Below are positions 53,155 through 62,269 of a stretch of 64,000 bases of DNA, piece by piece. The DNA comes from an uncultured Candidatus Peribacteria bacterium (GTDB taxonomy: Bacteria > Patescibacteriota > Gracilibacteria > UBA1369 > GWF2-33-10). A program made the position numbers and the translations under genes. The first letter of the stretch is position 1, and every line of letters starts with the position of its first letter. The stretch is from assembly GCA_964511025.1 (NCBI GenBank), contig CAZEDK010000001.1, positions 24,191 to 88,190 of the forward strand, written 5' to 3'. The notes under the pieces were generated by a model that saw only the letters and a list, made by a program, of their open reading frames with translations, was not told the origin of the DNA and did not search any database.

Positions 53155-53550
53155 ATGTCAGACGACACAACAAAAGTTGAGCTTTCAAAAGACGAGAAAG
53201 CTGTAATAGACGCTCTTGAAAAACTTAACGTTGTTCAAGTAAACAATGTAGTTAAATATATGGAGCAAGTATACGGTATTTCTGCTAGCGCTCCAGTTGC
53301 AGCCGTTGCTGCTCCTGTTGCAGTTGCCGCCGTGGAAGAAAAATCTTCTTTCAAAGTGAAAATTGTTTCATCAGGTGACAAGAAAATAGGTGTTATCAAG
53401 ATAGTTAGGGAACTTACAAATCTTGGTCTTGCCGAAGCAAAGAAAGTAGTTGACGACAACGCTGTTGTAAAAGAAAACGTAGCAAAAGCTGAAGCTGAAG
53501 AAATGAAAAAGAAATTAGAAGAAGCAGGTGCAACAGTTGAATTACAGTAA
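53155..53550 (+). CDS. rplL: 50S ribosomal protein L7/L12
   Basis: Ala-rich hinge and C-terminal KIGVIKIVRELTNLGLAEAKKVVD… EAEEMKKKLEEAGATVEL. Confidence 0.96.
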   Translation: MSDDTTKVELSKDEKAVIDALEKLNVVQVNNVVKYMEQVYGISASAPVAAVAAPVAVAAVEEKSSFKVKIVSSGDKKIGVIKIVRELTNLGLAEAKKVVDDNAVVKENVAKAEAEEMKKKLEEAGATVELQ

Positions 53551-53581
53551 AATAAAAAAGGTTTTTCCAATATTTCTATAA

Positions 53582-53620
53582 AAAAGCAAGCAGGCTATCT
53601 AGTAAAAGCTTGCTTTTTTT
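53582..53620 (+). terminator. Intrinsic terminator after rplL
   Basis: AAAAGCAAGC … GCTTGCTTTT (10-bp stem) followed by a T-run to 53620. The next promoter-like TGATATAAT overlaps its 3' end at 53619-53627. Confidence 0.7.
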
Positions 53621-53641
53621 GATATAATATTAGGATTTTCT

Positions 53642-54748
53642 ATGAAATATATGGACAATAATAATATTGAAAAAATATCTATCAAGCTTAGTTCTGACAA
53701 GGCAAACTCCGAACAAAGTCAAAAAACAGAGCACAAAAAAAATATTTTCATTAGTTTATTCACAAAACTAATAATATTTTTAGGGATTTTGAGCTTTGCG
53801 TATTTACAAATACAATTGCAGCCATCTATCGCACTGTTTGGACAAACGCAGGCAAAAAAGACTTTCAATATAGAAAATGAGATTTTGCAAAAACAAGCTG
53901 AAATCAATAGATTCAATTTGACAATCGCTGCTTACTCTATGGATGACTTTGCATTTGAAGCGGAAAATTATCTTTCTTTGCAGCGTCAAATTAATTCTAA
54001 TTTAACTACTGAAAATACAAAACAAAGTCTAAAAATGGAATTAGAAGCTACCGAAAGCAGCTTAATTACATCAATCACAGTTATCCAAAATGCATTATTA
54101 CAGCCATTATATTCGACAGGCTTAAAAAGTTCCGATATAGAAAGCAAATCAATCAAATTTACAGAAAATAATTTAAACGAATTTAAAAAAAAATTAGCAT
54201 CAGAACTAAGTAATGCAGAGAACAAGACTGAGATAAGATCTGAAATTCAAAATATTAACAATATTGCGTCATTACTCAAAAATAACGATTTACAAAGTTC
54301 AATAAAAAACTTCAACACTGAAAAACTAGAAATTGAGACAGTAGAAAAGCTGCTTTCACTATACTACAAGCAACAAACAAATAATTTATCAATTCTAAAA
54401 AATATTAGTAACAAAAAAATATTATGGATCAATATAATCAATGAAATTGACCTAGAGACAAAAACCGTAGATCCGCTATACGGCAGCACGCTTTCTGAAC
54501 GAATCGGTCAGATCAAGTATTCAAATTTCCAATTGGAAAAAGATAAAGAAGATAATGACAAAATTATAGTTAGCGGTGCGGTAAACACACCTGACGGGGT
54601 AAATTTCACAATTACTTCAGATCTAATAGATGCTTTTGAAAATTCAAAGATGTTCAAAGATGTCAACATGCGATCTTTTAGTAAAAAATTAAACGATGAA
54701 AATACTTACACAGGTAATTTTCGAATTGAATTTTCTTTAGAAAAATAA
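53642..54748 (+). CDS. Bitopic membrane protein, possible type IV pilus alignment component (PilN-like by position)
   Basis: 368 aa with a single TM helix (IFISLFTKLIIFLGILSFAYLQI) and a long coiled, Asn/Lys-rich ectodomain. First gene of the pilB-pilC operon. No sequence motif was recognised. Confidence 0.45.
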   Translation: MKYMDNNNIEKISIKLSSDKANSEQSQKTEHKKNIFISLFTKLIIFLGILSFAYLQIQLQPSIALFGQTQAKKTFNIENEILQKQAEINRFNLTIAAYSMDDFAFEAENYLSLQRQINSNLTTENTKQSLKMELEATESSLITSITVIQNALLQPLYSTGLKSSDIESKSIKFTENNLNEFKKKLASELSNAENKTEIRSEIQNINNIASLLKNNDLQSSIKNFNTEKLEIETVEKLLSLYYKQQTNNLSILKNISNKKILWINIINEIDLETKTVDPLYGSTLSERIGQIKYSNFQLEKDKEDNDKIIVSGAVNTPDGVNFTITSDLIDAFENSKMFKDVNMRSFSKKLNDENTYTGNFRIEFSLEK

Positions 54749-54749
54749 A

Positions 54750-55349
54750 ATGAAAAAAATAAATATCAATATCGGCTTGATTGCAACAATTATCGTAATC
54801 ATATTCGTAATTATTGCAAACGTTTATAGTTTTCAAAAAGTTTCAGTACTAAAAAATGACTACAATAATTTCAAAAATATTCAATCTGTAGTTGAACAAA
54901 ATTTCAACAAAAGTGAAACAGGTCTTACTGAATACAAAAACAATCAGAAAGTCGCAGAACTAAAAAACAAAGAATCAGTAAAAAATGTCATACCAAGCGC
55001 AGAAGAAATCACATCGCTAAATAGACAATTGGAAAAATATTTTAATTCCCTCAATTCCTCATCAAATCCTATATTCCTACAAAACATCAATTATGGACAG
55101 GCGATTGAAAACACAGAACAAGCAGGGTTGTTTACTATACCAATTTCTTTATCTTTTAATGGCGCAGATAAGAATTTTTATAAAACTATCGACTATCTAA
55201 CATCATCCGGTGATTTACAAAGAGAAACGAGGCTTATTGAAATAACAAAAATTAACGTAAACTGGAAAGGTCAAACATTGGAAGACAGCGGAATAGAAGT
55301 CTTTGATTTTGAAATCGAAGGGCTCGCGTATTTTTATAAAGCAATCTAA
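54750..55349 (+). CDS. Bitopic membrane protein, possible PilO-like pilus assembly component
   Basis: 199 aa. N-terminal TM helix (IGLIATIIVIIFVIIANVY) and a coiled segment. Translationally coupled between the upstream gene and pilB. Confidence 0.42.
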   Translation: MKKININIGLIATIIVIIFVIIANVYSFQKVSVLKNDYNNFKNIQSVVEQNFNKSETGLTEYKNNQKVAELKNKESVKNVIPSAEEITSLNRQLEKYFNSLNSSSNPIFLQNINYGQAIENTEQAGLFTIPISLSFNGADKNFYKTIDYLTSSGDLQRETRLIEITKINVNWKGQTLEDSGIEVFDFEIEGLAYFYKAI

Positions 55350-55351
55350 TC

Positions 55352-56581
55352 ATGCCGACATTTAGAGAAAATCTTCAAAACGCAATAATGGTGGGCAATA
55401 TCCCTGCTATTGTGATTAACATGGTAAGTGATGCTGTCGAACAAAGAGCAAGCGATATACACATAGAACCTTCAAAAAACGTCATCAGAATCAGATTTAG
55501 AGTTGATGGAGTCTTGCGAATTGTAGTGGAATATCCTCACAACCTTCACCCTGCAGTTGTCTCAAGAATTAAAATTTTATCAAATCTCAAAATTGACGAA
55601 CAAAGAATGCCACAGGATGGACGCGCTCAAGTCACAACCCAAGACAACAAAGAATTGGATTTACGTGTTTCAACTCTACCGACAATTCATGGAGAAAAAA
55701 TAGTAATGCGTATTCAAGATGAATCAAGAACTATCCCAACTTTGGAACAACTTGGCATTGAAGGATCGCCATTGGAAAGATTAAAAAAAAGCCTCGAAGA
55801 ACCTAATGGAATAATATTGACAAGCGGACCTACAGGTTCCGGTAAGACTACCACATTGTACGCATGTTTAAATATACTAAACAAAGCAGATGTAAATATT
55901 CTTACAATAGAAGATCCGGTGGAGATACAAATGGACGGATTAAATCAAAGCCAAGTACATCCTGATATTGACTACACTTTTGCAAGCGGACTAAGAACTG
56001 CGCTCAGACAAGATCCTGACATTATAATGGTAGGAGAAATTCGTGATAAAGAAACTATCAATATAGCAATAGAAGCATCACTGACAGGTCACTTAGTTTT
56101 GTCTACAATTCACACAAACAGTTCAATTGAGACTCTAACTCGTATCATTAATATGGGTATAGCTACTTTTTTGATGACATCGACTATAAGATGCATAATC
56201 GCACAAAGACTCGTGAGAAGAATTTGTCCTGAGTGCAAAAAACCGGCGGAATTTGATACTCGTACAGCAGAAGAGATCAAAGCAACAGTTTCAAAAATTC
56301 CAAATTTTGACACTAAAACTCTTGAAAATCTAATATTATTTGAGGCAGCAGGATGTGAAAAATGCAACAACATAGGTTACAAAGGTCGAATCGGTTTGTA
56401 TGAAGTATTACTAATGACAGACAGTCTTAGAAGATTAATTCTGGACGGCAGGTCAACAATTGATATAAAAGAAAAAGCAATTGCAGAGGGAATGATAACT
56501 TTGGAACAAACAGGATTCCTAAAAGCTATACAAGGACTAACAAGTCTTAGTGAGGTTTACAGAGTCGCTAATAAAGATTAA
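55352..56581 (+). CDS. pilB: Type IV pilus assembly ATPase PilB/GspE family (short form)
   Basis: ASDIHIEP, RVDGVL, Walker A GPTGSGKTTT, MVGEIRD, STIHTN, and a tetracysteine motif CPECK…CEKC. Confidence 0.9.
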   Translation: MPTFRENLQNAIMVGNIPAIVINMVSDAVEQRASDIHIEPSKNVIRIRFRVDGVLRIVVEYPHNLHPAVVSRIKILSNLKIDEQRMPQDGRAQVTTQDNKELDLRVSTLPTIHGEKIVMRIQDESRTIPTLEQLGIEGSPLERLKKSLEEPNGIILTSGPTGSGKTTTLYACLNILNKADVNILTIEDPVEIQMDGLNQSQVHPDIDYTFASGLRTALRQDPDIIMVGEIRDKETINIAIEASLTGHLVLSTIHTNSSIETLTRIINMGIATFLMTSTIRCIIAQRLVRRICPECKKPAEFDTRTAEEIKATVSKIPNFDTKTLENLILFEAAGCEKCNNIGYKGRIGLYEVLLMTDSLRRLILDGRSTIDIKEKAIAEGMITLEQTGFLKAIQGLTSLSEVYRVANKD

Positions 56582-56588
56582 TACAAAT

Positions 56589-57824
56589 ATGGAAGAAGTT
56601 AAAAAAAATACAGATATTTTTAATTTTGAAATTGAGGCAATTCCTGAAACTCTCAGCAGTGCAAAAGATCATAAAGCTAATAATTTTCGAGACAAGTTAA
56701 AATTCTTAGAATACACAAAAACCGGTCATCCAATAAAAGATTTTTTAGTTGGACTAAACGATCAGGTGGAAAATTTAAGCAAAGTAAAAGCAAAAGAAAA
56801 AGCAACTTTTTTTCGATTACTCGCTGTCATGATCAACGCAGGCATACCAATTGTTGAATCACTCACTGTACTTGCGAATCAAACTAAGAATCCAAGACTT
56901 AAAAAAAATATTTCAAAAATTGCTGATGAAATAAAAAAAGGAAGCAAATTATCAGAATCAATGAAAAAATATTCAGGTGTGTTCAATGAGTCCGATATAG
57001 GTATGATAGCAGCTGGTGAAATCTCCGGAAGATTGAATGGAGTACTGCAGGATATCGCAGCAGATACAGAAAAAAGCGCTTCACTAAAAGCAAAAATAAA
57101 AGGAGCGCTCACATATCCAATCGTGGTTATGTTCATTCTAGCTACTGCAATTACATTGCTAATGGTAATGGTAGTACCTCAAATCACTTCCCTATTCACA
57201 GGATCAGGTCAAGTGTTACCTCCAGCCACACAAATGCTAATAAATATCAGTGATTTTTTGAGAAATAATATACTTTTAGTGACACTGTCGCCATTTTTGT
57301 TAGTTGGCACGATGTCTCTTATCAGAAAAACCGAATTAGGTAAATATTATACTGATTTTTTGTTATTACTAATACCGGTATTTGGTCAATTGAATAGAAA
57401 AGCTGCGCTGAGCAGATTTAGCAGAATGATCAGCAACTTGCTCAAAAGTGGTATAAGTATAGTTGAAGCATTGATTATTACGGCAAATAGCATTGGCAAT
57501 GATGTATATAAAAGAAGAATAATCGTATCATCAAAAGATATAGCGCAAGGTATTCCTATGGGTGAAAATTTACGTGGCAATGAGCGTTTATTCCCAACAA
57601 TGGTCGTCAGTATGGTAGCTATAGGAGAACAAACAGGTGAAATTTCAACCGTTATGGATAAAATTGCAGATTTTTATGAAGAAGAAGTGGATTTAATGAG
57701 TAGCAATTTTTCAAAACTGCTTGAACCGTTAATATTAGTTGTCGTTGGTGTCACAGTAGGTGGAATAGTGGCTGCGGTAATGCAACCTATTATGTCTCTT
57801 ACGGATATGGCTGGCAGTATGTGA
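56589..57824 (+). CDS. pilC: Type IV pilus platform protein PilC/GspF family
   Basis: Two GspF-type repeats (FFRLLAVMINAGIPIVESL… / FSRMISNLLKSGISIVEAL…) and three TM segments. ATG 56589 is preferred over the track start 56550, which overlaps pilB. Confidence 0.9.
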   Translation: MEEVKKNTDIFNFEIEAIPETLSSAKDHKANNFRDKLKFLEYTKTGHPIKDFLVGLNDQVENLSKVKAKEKATFFRLLAVMINAGIPIVESLTVLANQTKNPRLKKNISKIADEIKKGSKLSESMKKYSGVFNESDIGMIAAGEISGRLNGVLQDIAADTEKSASLKAKIKGALTYPIVVMFILATAITLLMVMVVPQITSLFTGSGQVLPPATQMLINISDFLRNNILLVTLSPFLLVGTMSLIRKTELGKYYTDFLLLLIPVFGQLNRKAALSRFSRMISNLLKSGISIVEALIITANSIGNDVYKRRIIVSSKDIAQGIPMGENLRGNERLFPTMVVSMVAIGEQTGEISTVMDKIADFYEEEVDLMSSNFSKLLEPLILVVVGVTVGGIVAAVMQPIMSLTDMAGSM

Positions 57825-57833
57825 AAGAATAAA

Positions 57834-58418
57834 TCAAAGTTTATGTTGATGTATCATATTTACTAACAAATCTTTTAAAGCTTCACTATTTTTAATAGCA
57901 TTGTCATGAGCAAGTAAATTTTGTTGCCTAAGTATTTGCCGCTCAACTTCTTTTGGGTTGGATGCATTTGCTAGAATAAAAGAATTTCCAGTACCTATTT
58001 TCGAAACTTCTATATCACCAAATCCAAATATAGTCTGCGCAAAACCTTTCTTACTCCAGCTTACGCCTTCTATAGTTTGATACTCAATCCTACTGGACGC
58101 ATTATTAAAAAACCCATTCCATTCTACAATAAGCAGTGAAAGACTTGTAATTAACATTGCATCAAAATACCAATCCATTAATTCATAAACAAAAAACAGG
58201 ATACCAATGCCACCCCAAATAAGCATAATATATTTAGTAAGCGGAAATAAAAACCAAATAATTGCCGGCATTAAAATACCAAATAATATTTTTTTAAGGA
58301 GCGGTCGATAATGTGTCCAAAAATGTTTATGAGCTACAAATATTACTTTCTCATCAGCTTCCAAATAGCCTCTAAAGAGAAAAGTGCCAAAAATTCTTGA
58401 TATAAATGCAAAAAACAT
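57834..58418 (-). CDS. Membrane protein with a bacterial PH (bPH_2/YdbS-like) domain
   Basis: Two TM helices followed by LLIVEWNGFFNNASSRIEYQTIEGVSWSKKGFAQTIFGFGDIEV, which resembles the bPH fold. 194 aa. Confidence 0.55.
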   Translation of the reverse strand: MFFAFISRIFGTFLFRGYLEADEKVIFVAHKHFWTHYRPLLKKILFGILMPAIIWFLFPLTKYIMLIWGGIGILFFVYELMDWYFDAMLITSLSLLIVEWNGFFNNASSRIEYQTIEGVSWSKKGFAQTIFGFGDIEVSKIGTGNSFILANASNPKEVERQILRQQNLLAHDNAIKNSEALKDLLVNMIHQHKL

Positions 58419-58550
58419 TCTGTATAAATAATTTCACTTGGATTTTAACATTAATAATCCAAACATTTCAAACAACAAATTCCTTAGTTCGATCTATTTG
58501 ACGCTTGATATAGCTTTATTCTTAATATATGTTTTAGATACTTAATAAAA

Positions 58551-59225
58551 ATGGATCAAAACAATCAAAAATCATCTTATTTCAAAGATCTAGGACTGTT
58601 TATACTAGATATTTTGATTAATGCGGTTGTTATTATTGCTCTCGTCCTACTGATCAGAAAATATCTAATGGCCCCTTTTCAGGTTTACGGTCCATCCATG
58701 TGCGACACATTAAACTTTTACGAAGATAGCTGTAAACAAGCAGCAGGTGAATACTTAATCATTAACAAATTTATATATGAAGTGTTTTCAGGCAATCCAC
58801 AAAGAGGTGACATTATAGTATTCAAAGAGCCTGTCAAGGAGGAAGAATTTTATATTAAAAGAGTAATTGGTGTACCTGGCGATACGGTTATCCTTGAAGA
58901 TGGATTTGTATACATAAAAAATGAAAAATTTCCTAATGGAATCAAATTAGATGAAATTTCATATTTAAATGACATAAATTTTGGCAAAACAAAAGCTTTC
59001 AAAAAAACATTAACTCAATTCATTGTTCCGGAAAATTCTTATTTTGTCCTTGGTGATAATAGAACTGCAAGTGCAGATAGTAGACGTTTTTTTATGGATA
59101 ATGGTTCAACTGATACAAGCAAAGCTTTCATTAAAAAAGATTTAATAATGGGAAAAGCACTAGTGGTAATTTGGCCACCAAAAAATATCAGAATTTTGAG
59201 AAATCCAAACTATGGCGCGTTATAA
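58551..59225 (+). CDS. lepB: Signal peptidase I
   Basis: YGPSMCDTL (catalytic Ser), YIKRVIGVPGD (catalytic Lys box) and GDNRTASADSR. Confidence 0.92.
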   Translation: MDQNNQKSSYFKDLGLFILDILINAVVIIALVLLIRKYLMAPFQVYGPSMCDTLNFYEDSCKQAAGEYLIINKFIYEVFSGNPQRGDIIVFKEPVKEEEFYIKRVIGVPGDTVILEDGFVYIKNEKFPNGIKLDEISYLNDINFGKTKAFKKTLTQFIVPENSYFVLGDNRTASADSRRFFMDNGSTDTSKAFIKKDLIMGKALVVIWPPKNIRILRNPNYGAL

Positions 59226-60746
59226 AATCTGATCAATTCTAGGAAAAAGAATCTCAGGCTTTGAAATTTTATAAGTTTTTTCAAGAAAAGAATTTTTTGC
59301 AAAATATGAATCTTGTAAAATTTTTGAATTTTTGGCGTTTTTCAAAATAGAATCTAAAATAACAATCGCTTTTTTAGGAATATATGGTAAAAGCAAAAGG
59401 GCAATCACGTTTATCACTGAAAGCAAATCAAATAAAACCTGTTTCAGCTCTTCATTTTTGCTTTCTTTTGCAAGAATCCATGGTTTTTGTTGGTCAACAT
59501 ACAAATTTGCAAAATTAATAAGGGATATCACTTCTTCAATTGCCTTTTTTAAATCAAAATTAGCAAATTGCTTAGAATATCCAGCTACTATTTTCTGAAC
59601 TTCTATCACAACTGTAGCTGAGATAGATTCTGCAGATATTTCATTACCAAAATACTTCATAACCATTGCTGTAACTCTACTCAGCAAATTTCCCAAAGAA
59701 TTTGCCAATTCACTATTATAAATATCAAGAAACCTGTCCATAGCAAAATCCCCATCATCCAAAGTTGGTATCTCTCTAAGCAAATAATAACGCAACGCAT
59801 CAGTTCCATATTTAGCAGAGATTTCTATCGGATCAACTATATTGCCAAGAGTTTTACTCATTTTTTTCCCTTCACTTGTAACAAAGCCATGAACCATTAA
59901 GACTTTTGGCAAAGGAAGATTTACGGACATAAGCATTGCAGGCCAATAAATCGCATGAAATTTGATAATATCCTTACCAATCAAATTCACGTCATTTGGC
60001 CAAAATTTCTTATAATTTGGACCTTCGCTAAAGAAATCAAGACCGGTAATATAGTTAGAAAGAGCATCACACCAAACATACATGACGTGTGAATGATCTG
60101 ATGGAACTTCAACTCCCCAAGATAAAGAAGATTTCGGTCTGGAAAAACTTACATCGTCAAGCTCATCAAGCATATTCAAAACTTCACGTTTTCTAAATCG
60201 TGGATAAATTTGCAATTCATCAGACTCAATTTTTTGATGTATAGCTTCTTTGTATTTAGAAAGTCTAAAAAAATAATTCTCTTCTTCAAGCAAATCTGGA
60301 ACTCTATCGTGATTTTCACATTTACCATCAATTAAATCTTTTCCCAACTTAAATGACTCACATCCATAACAATAAAGACCGCTATGCTTTTTTTTATAAA
60401 TATCTCCAGCATTTTCAAGCATTGTCCAAAGTTTCTGAGCGCCTTTTTTCAACATTTCATCACTTGTTCTATAAAAAAGTTCATTTGATAGATCAAGCTT
60501 AGAACATAAATCCGTAAAATAATTTAGATTTTTATTTACCAAATCTTGCGGTGATAAATTTTCGTCTTTTGCGGTTTTTGCAATTTTGATGCCGTGCTCA
60601 TCTGTGCCCGTAGAATACAGAACTTCATCCCCTATCATTCTGTGATATCTTGCAAGACAATCGGCCTGCACAAATTCCAAAGCGTGACCCAAATGAGGTT
60701 TCGCATTAGGATAAGCAATTGCGGTTGAAATATAAAATTTCGACAT
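59220..60746 (-). CDS. metG: Methionyl-tRNA synthetase (short form, without the C-terminal tRNA-binding domain)
   Basis: AYPNAKPHLGHA (HIGH), CxxC knuckles (CYGC…C.NH) and KMSKTLGN (KMSKS). Confidence 0.95.
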   Translation of the reverse strand: MSKFYISTAIAYPNAKPHLGHALEFVQADCLARYHRMIGDEVLYSTGTDEHGIKIAKTAKDENLSPQDLVNKNLNYFTDLCSKLDLSNELFYRTSDEMLKKGAQKLWTMLENAGDIYKKKHSGLYCYGCESFKLGKDLIDGKCENHDRVPDLLEEENYFFRLSKYKEAIHQKIESDELQIYPRFRKREVLNMLDELDDVSFSRPKSSLSWGVEVPSDHSHVMYVWCDALSNYITGLDFFSEGPNYKKFWPNDVNLIGKDIIKFHAIYWPAMLMSVNLPLPKVLMVHGFVTSEGKKMSKTLGNIVDPIEISAKYGTDALRYYLLREIPTLDDGDFAMDRFLDIYNSELANSLGNLLSRVTAMVMKYFGNEISAESISATVVIEVQKIVAGYSKQFANFDLKKAIEEVISLINFANLYVDQQKPWILAKESKNEELKQVLFDLLSVINVIALLLLPYIPKKAIVILDSILKNAKNSKILQDSYFAKNSFLEKTYKISKPEILFPRIDQIL

Positions 60747-60859
60747 TTACTTAGATTACAAAAGTTATAGACTGATATAATCATACATTAATGAAAGCTT
60801 GAAGGATAGAGTTTTGTATGATAAGTTTTTTGCAGGTATGTCTTTTTGAAAGCTTTTTC

Positions 60860-60934
60860 GGCGACGTCGCCAAGTGGTAAGGCATCGGTTTGCAAAACCG
60901 CTACACGTCGGTTCGATCCCGACCGTCGCCTCCA
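60860..60934 (+). tRNA. tRNA-Cys (GCA)
   Basis: Hand-folded. Acceptor GGCGACG/CGTCGCC, T arm GTCGG-TTCGATC-CCGAC, anticodon loop TTGCAAA, and an encoded CCA. Confidence 0.88.
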
Positions 60935-60939
60935 ATCTT

Positions 60940-61002
60940 AAAATACAGGGATTAGGGATAAAAATACAGGGATTAGGGATAAAAATACAGGGATTAGGGA
61001 TA
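60940..61002. repeat. 21-bp tandem repeat x3 (AAAATACAGGGATTAGGGATA) between the two tRNA genes
   Basis: Read directly; the period is 21 (TACAGGG at 60944, 60965 and 60986). Each unit contains the heptamers AGGGATT and AGGGATA. Confidence 0.9.
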
Positions 61003-61077
61003 AGTATAAAGTATTAAGGGAAATGTGGAAGAAAAGCCCTTTATACATTATACCAATCCCTATATACTTAAAAAAAT

Positions 61078-61166
61078 GCCCGGATGGCGGAATTGGTAGA
61101 CGCGCAGGACTTAAAATCCTGTTTCCGTTTGCGGAAGTGTGGGTTCGATTCCCACTCCGGGCACCA
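61078..61166 (+). tRNA. tRNA-Leu (TAA), class II with a long variable arm
   Basis: Hand-folded. Acceptor GCCCGGA/TCCGGGC, anticodon stem CAGGA/TCCTG with loop CTTAAAA, variable arm TTCCG-TTTG-CGGAA, T arm GTGGG-TTCGATT-CCCAC, and an encoded CCA. Confidence 0.88.
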
Positions 61167-61178
61167 GAATAAAAAATT

Positions 61179-62126
61179 CTAGAATCTATTTATAACACTC
61201 CCTCCACCTATAGCAATAGCATGAGACGCATTTTTTGGCACATATACTTCAATTTCATGTTCTTTTAAAAGTTTCCTGATTGCATCCAAAATCTCTTCCA
61301 TCAAAATCAATTTTCCGACCAATATCACTTCTTTTACCATATAAGCTTTTGTGGCAAATATGATATTGGTTGCTATAGCCTGAGCAACTAAATTAACTAT
61401 ACCTACAGCTAAATCAGCCTTACTAAAATCAATATTTCTAACTAATTTCCCCAAATTTGAAGCTGTATTATCTTGCGACACAATACCTATTGAAGATCCA
61501 ACTATCTCACCAACACTTAAATCTACTTTTTTAATATCCCCCTTTTTAAACATTTCCTTCAGCTTCAAAATATCTGTTTCACCAAGTATTTCTTTGCACA
61601 AACCCAAAAAAGTTCCACCACCAATCCCCGTGCCACCAATATGCTGGACAGAGAGCTGAGAGCTGAGAGCTGAGAACTGAGAACTGAGAACTGAGAACTG
61701 AGTTCGCGGAGTATTTACTTCCACCTCAGCTCTCAGCTCCCCGCCAGAATGATGTCGGGCTGGTCGACTCTCAGTTCTAACTAAAACCATACATGTCCCC
61801 GTCCCCATACTAACCGTCAAGAACTTATCTTCTCTCAAATCATTTTTTGCTAAATAATAAGCTCCTCTGCCGATAGCATCTATTTCTGGAATTTTAGTTA
61901 TATCTATATTAGATATGCTATTTTCAAAAAATTGTGTTTTACCACCTGTAATAAATATTTTATCTATATTTTTCAAAGAAATTTTGCTTTTTGTAAAAAA
62001 ATCTCTTACCGAATTAACAGATTTAAACTGAAGCGCTTCAAAACTCTTTATTTCATTTATTAAAGAATTTTTCCATACAACCATATCAACAGTAGACGCC
62101 CCAAAATCAAAAGAATAATACTTCAT
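61179..62126 (-). CDS. coaW: Type II pantothenate kinase-like ASKHA ATPase (CoaW/fumble family) carrying an in-frame repeat insertion
   Basis: DFGASTVD (phosphate-1), ITGGK, VSMGTGTC and GGTGIGGGTFLGL, plus a C-terminal AIAIGGG. The order matches staphylococcal-type PanK. About 40 extra residues lie between GTGT and GGTGIGGG. Confidence 0.78.
   Translation of the reverse strand: MKYYSFDFGASTVDMVVWKNSLINEIKSFEALQFKSVNSVRDFFTKSKISLKNIDKIFITGGKTQFFENSISNIDITKIPEIDAIGRGAYYLAKNDLREDKFLTVSMGTGTCMVLVRTESRPARHHSGGELRAEVEVNTPRTQFSVLSSQFSALSSQLSVQHIGGTGIGGGTFLGLCKEILGETDILKLKEMFKKGDIKKVDLSVGEIVGSSIGIVSQDNTASNLGKLVRNIDFSKADLAVGIVNLVAQAIATNIIFATKAYMVKEVILVGKLILMEEILDAIRKLLKEHEIEVYVPKNASHAIAIGGGSVINRF
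61645..61781. repeat. Composite repeat insertion inside coaW (heptamer array, inverted arm, GC-rich 24-nt core)
   Basis: AGCTGAG/AACTGAG x7 at 61651-61702. Inverted arm CTCAGCTCTCAGCTC at 61725-61739. Core CCCGCCAG-N7-TCGGGCTGG at 61740-61763. CTCTCAGTTCT at 61768-61778. Confidence 0.85.
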
Positions 62127-62269
62127 AAAAATTCATAATTAACCTAATTAAACAACGATAAAAAAAAATTGCAAGGAGTCTTATCATATTTCATTTTCCA
62201 AAAAGCTCTAAAGCACATAGAATGTAAACCGTCTTTACAGACCTTTTACTTAAAATTTAAAATTTTATC

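Noticed and set aside
60940-61002. Possible CRISPR array (regularly repeated 21-mers).
   Set aside because: The units are directly adjacent with no unique spacers. There are only three copies and no cas genes. This is a tandem repeat, not a CRISPR array.
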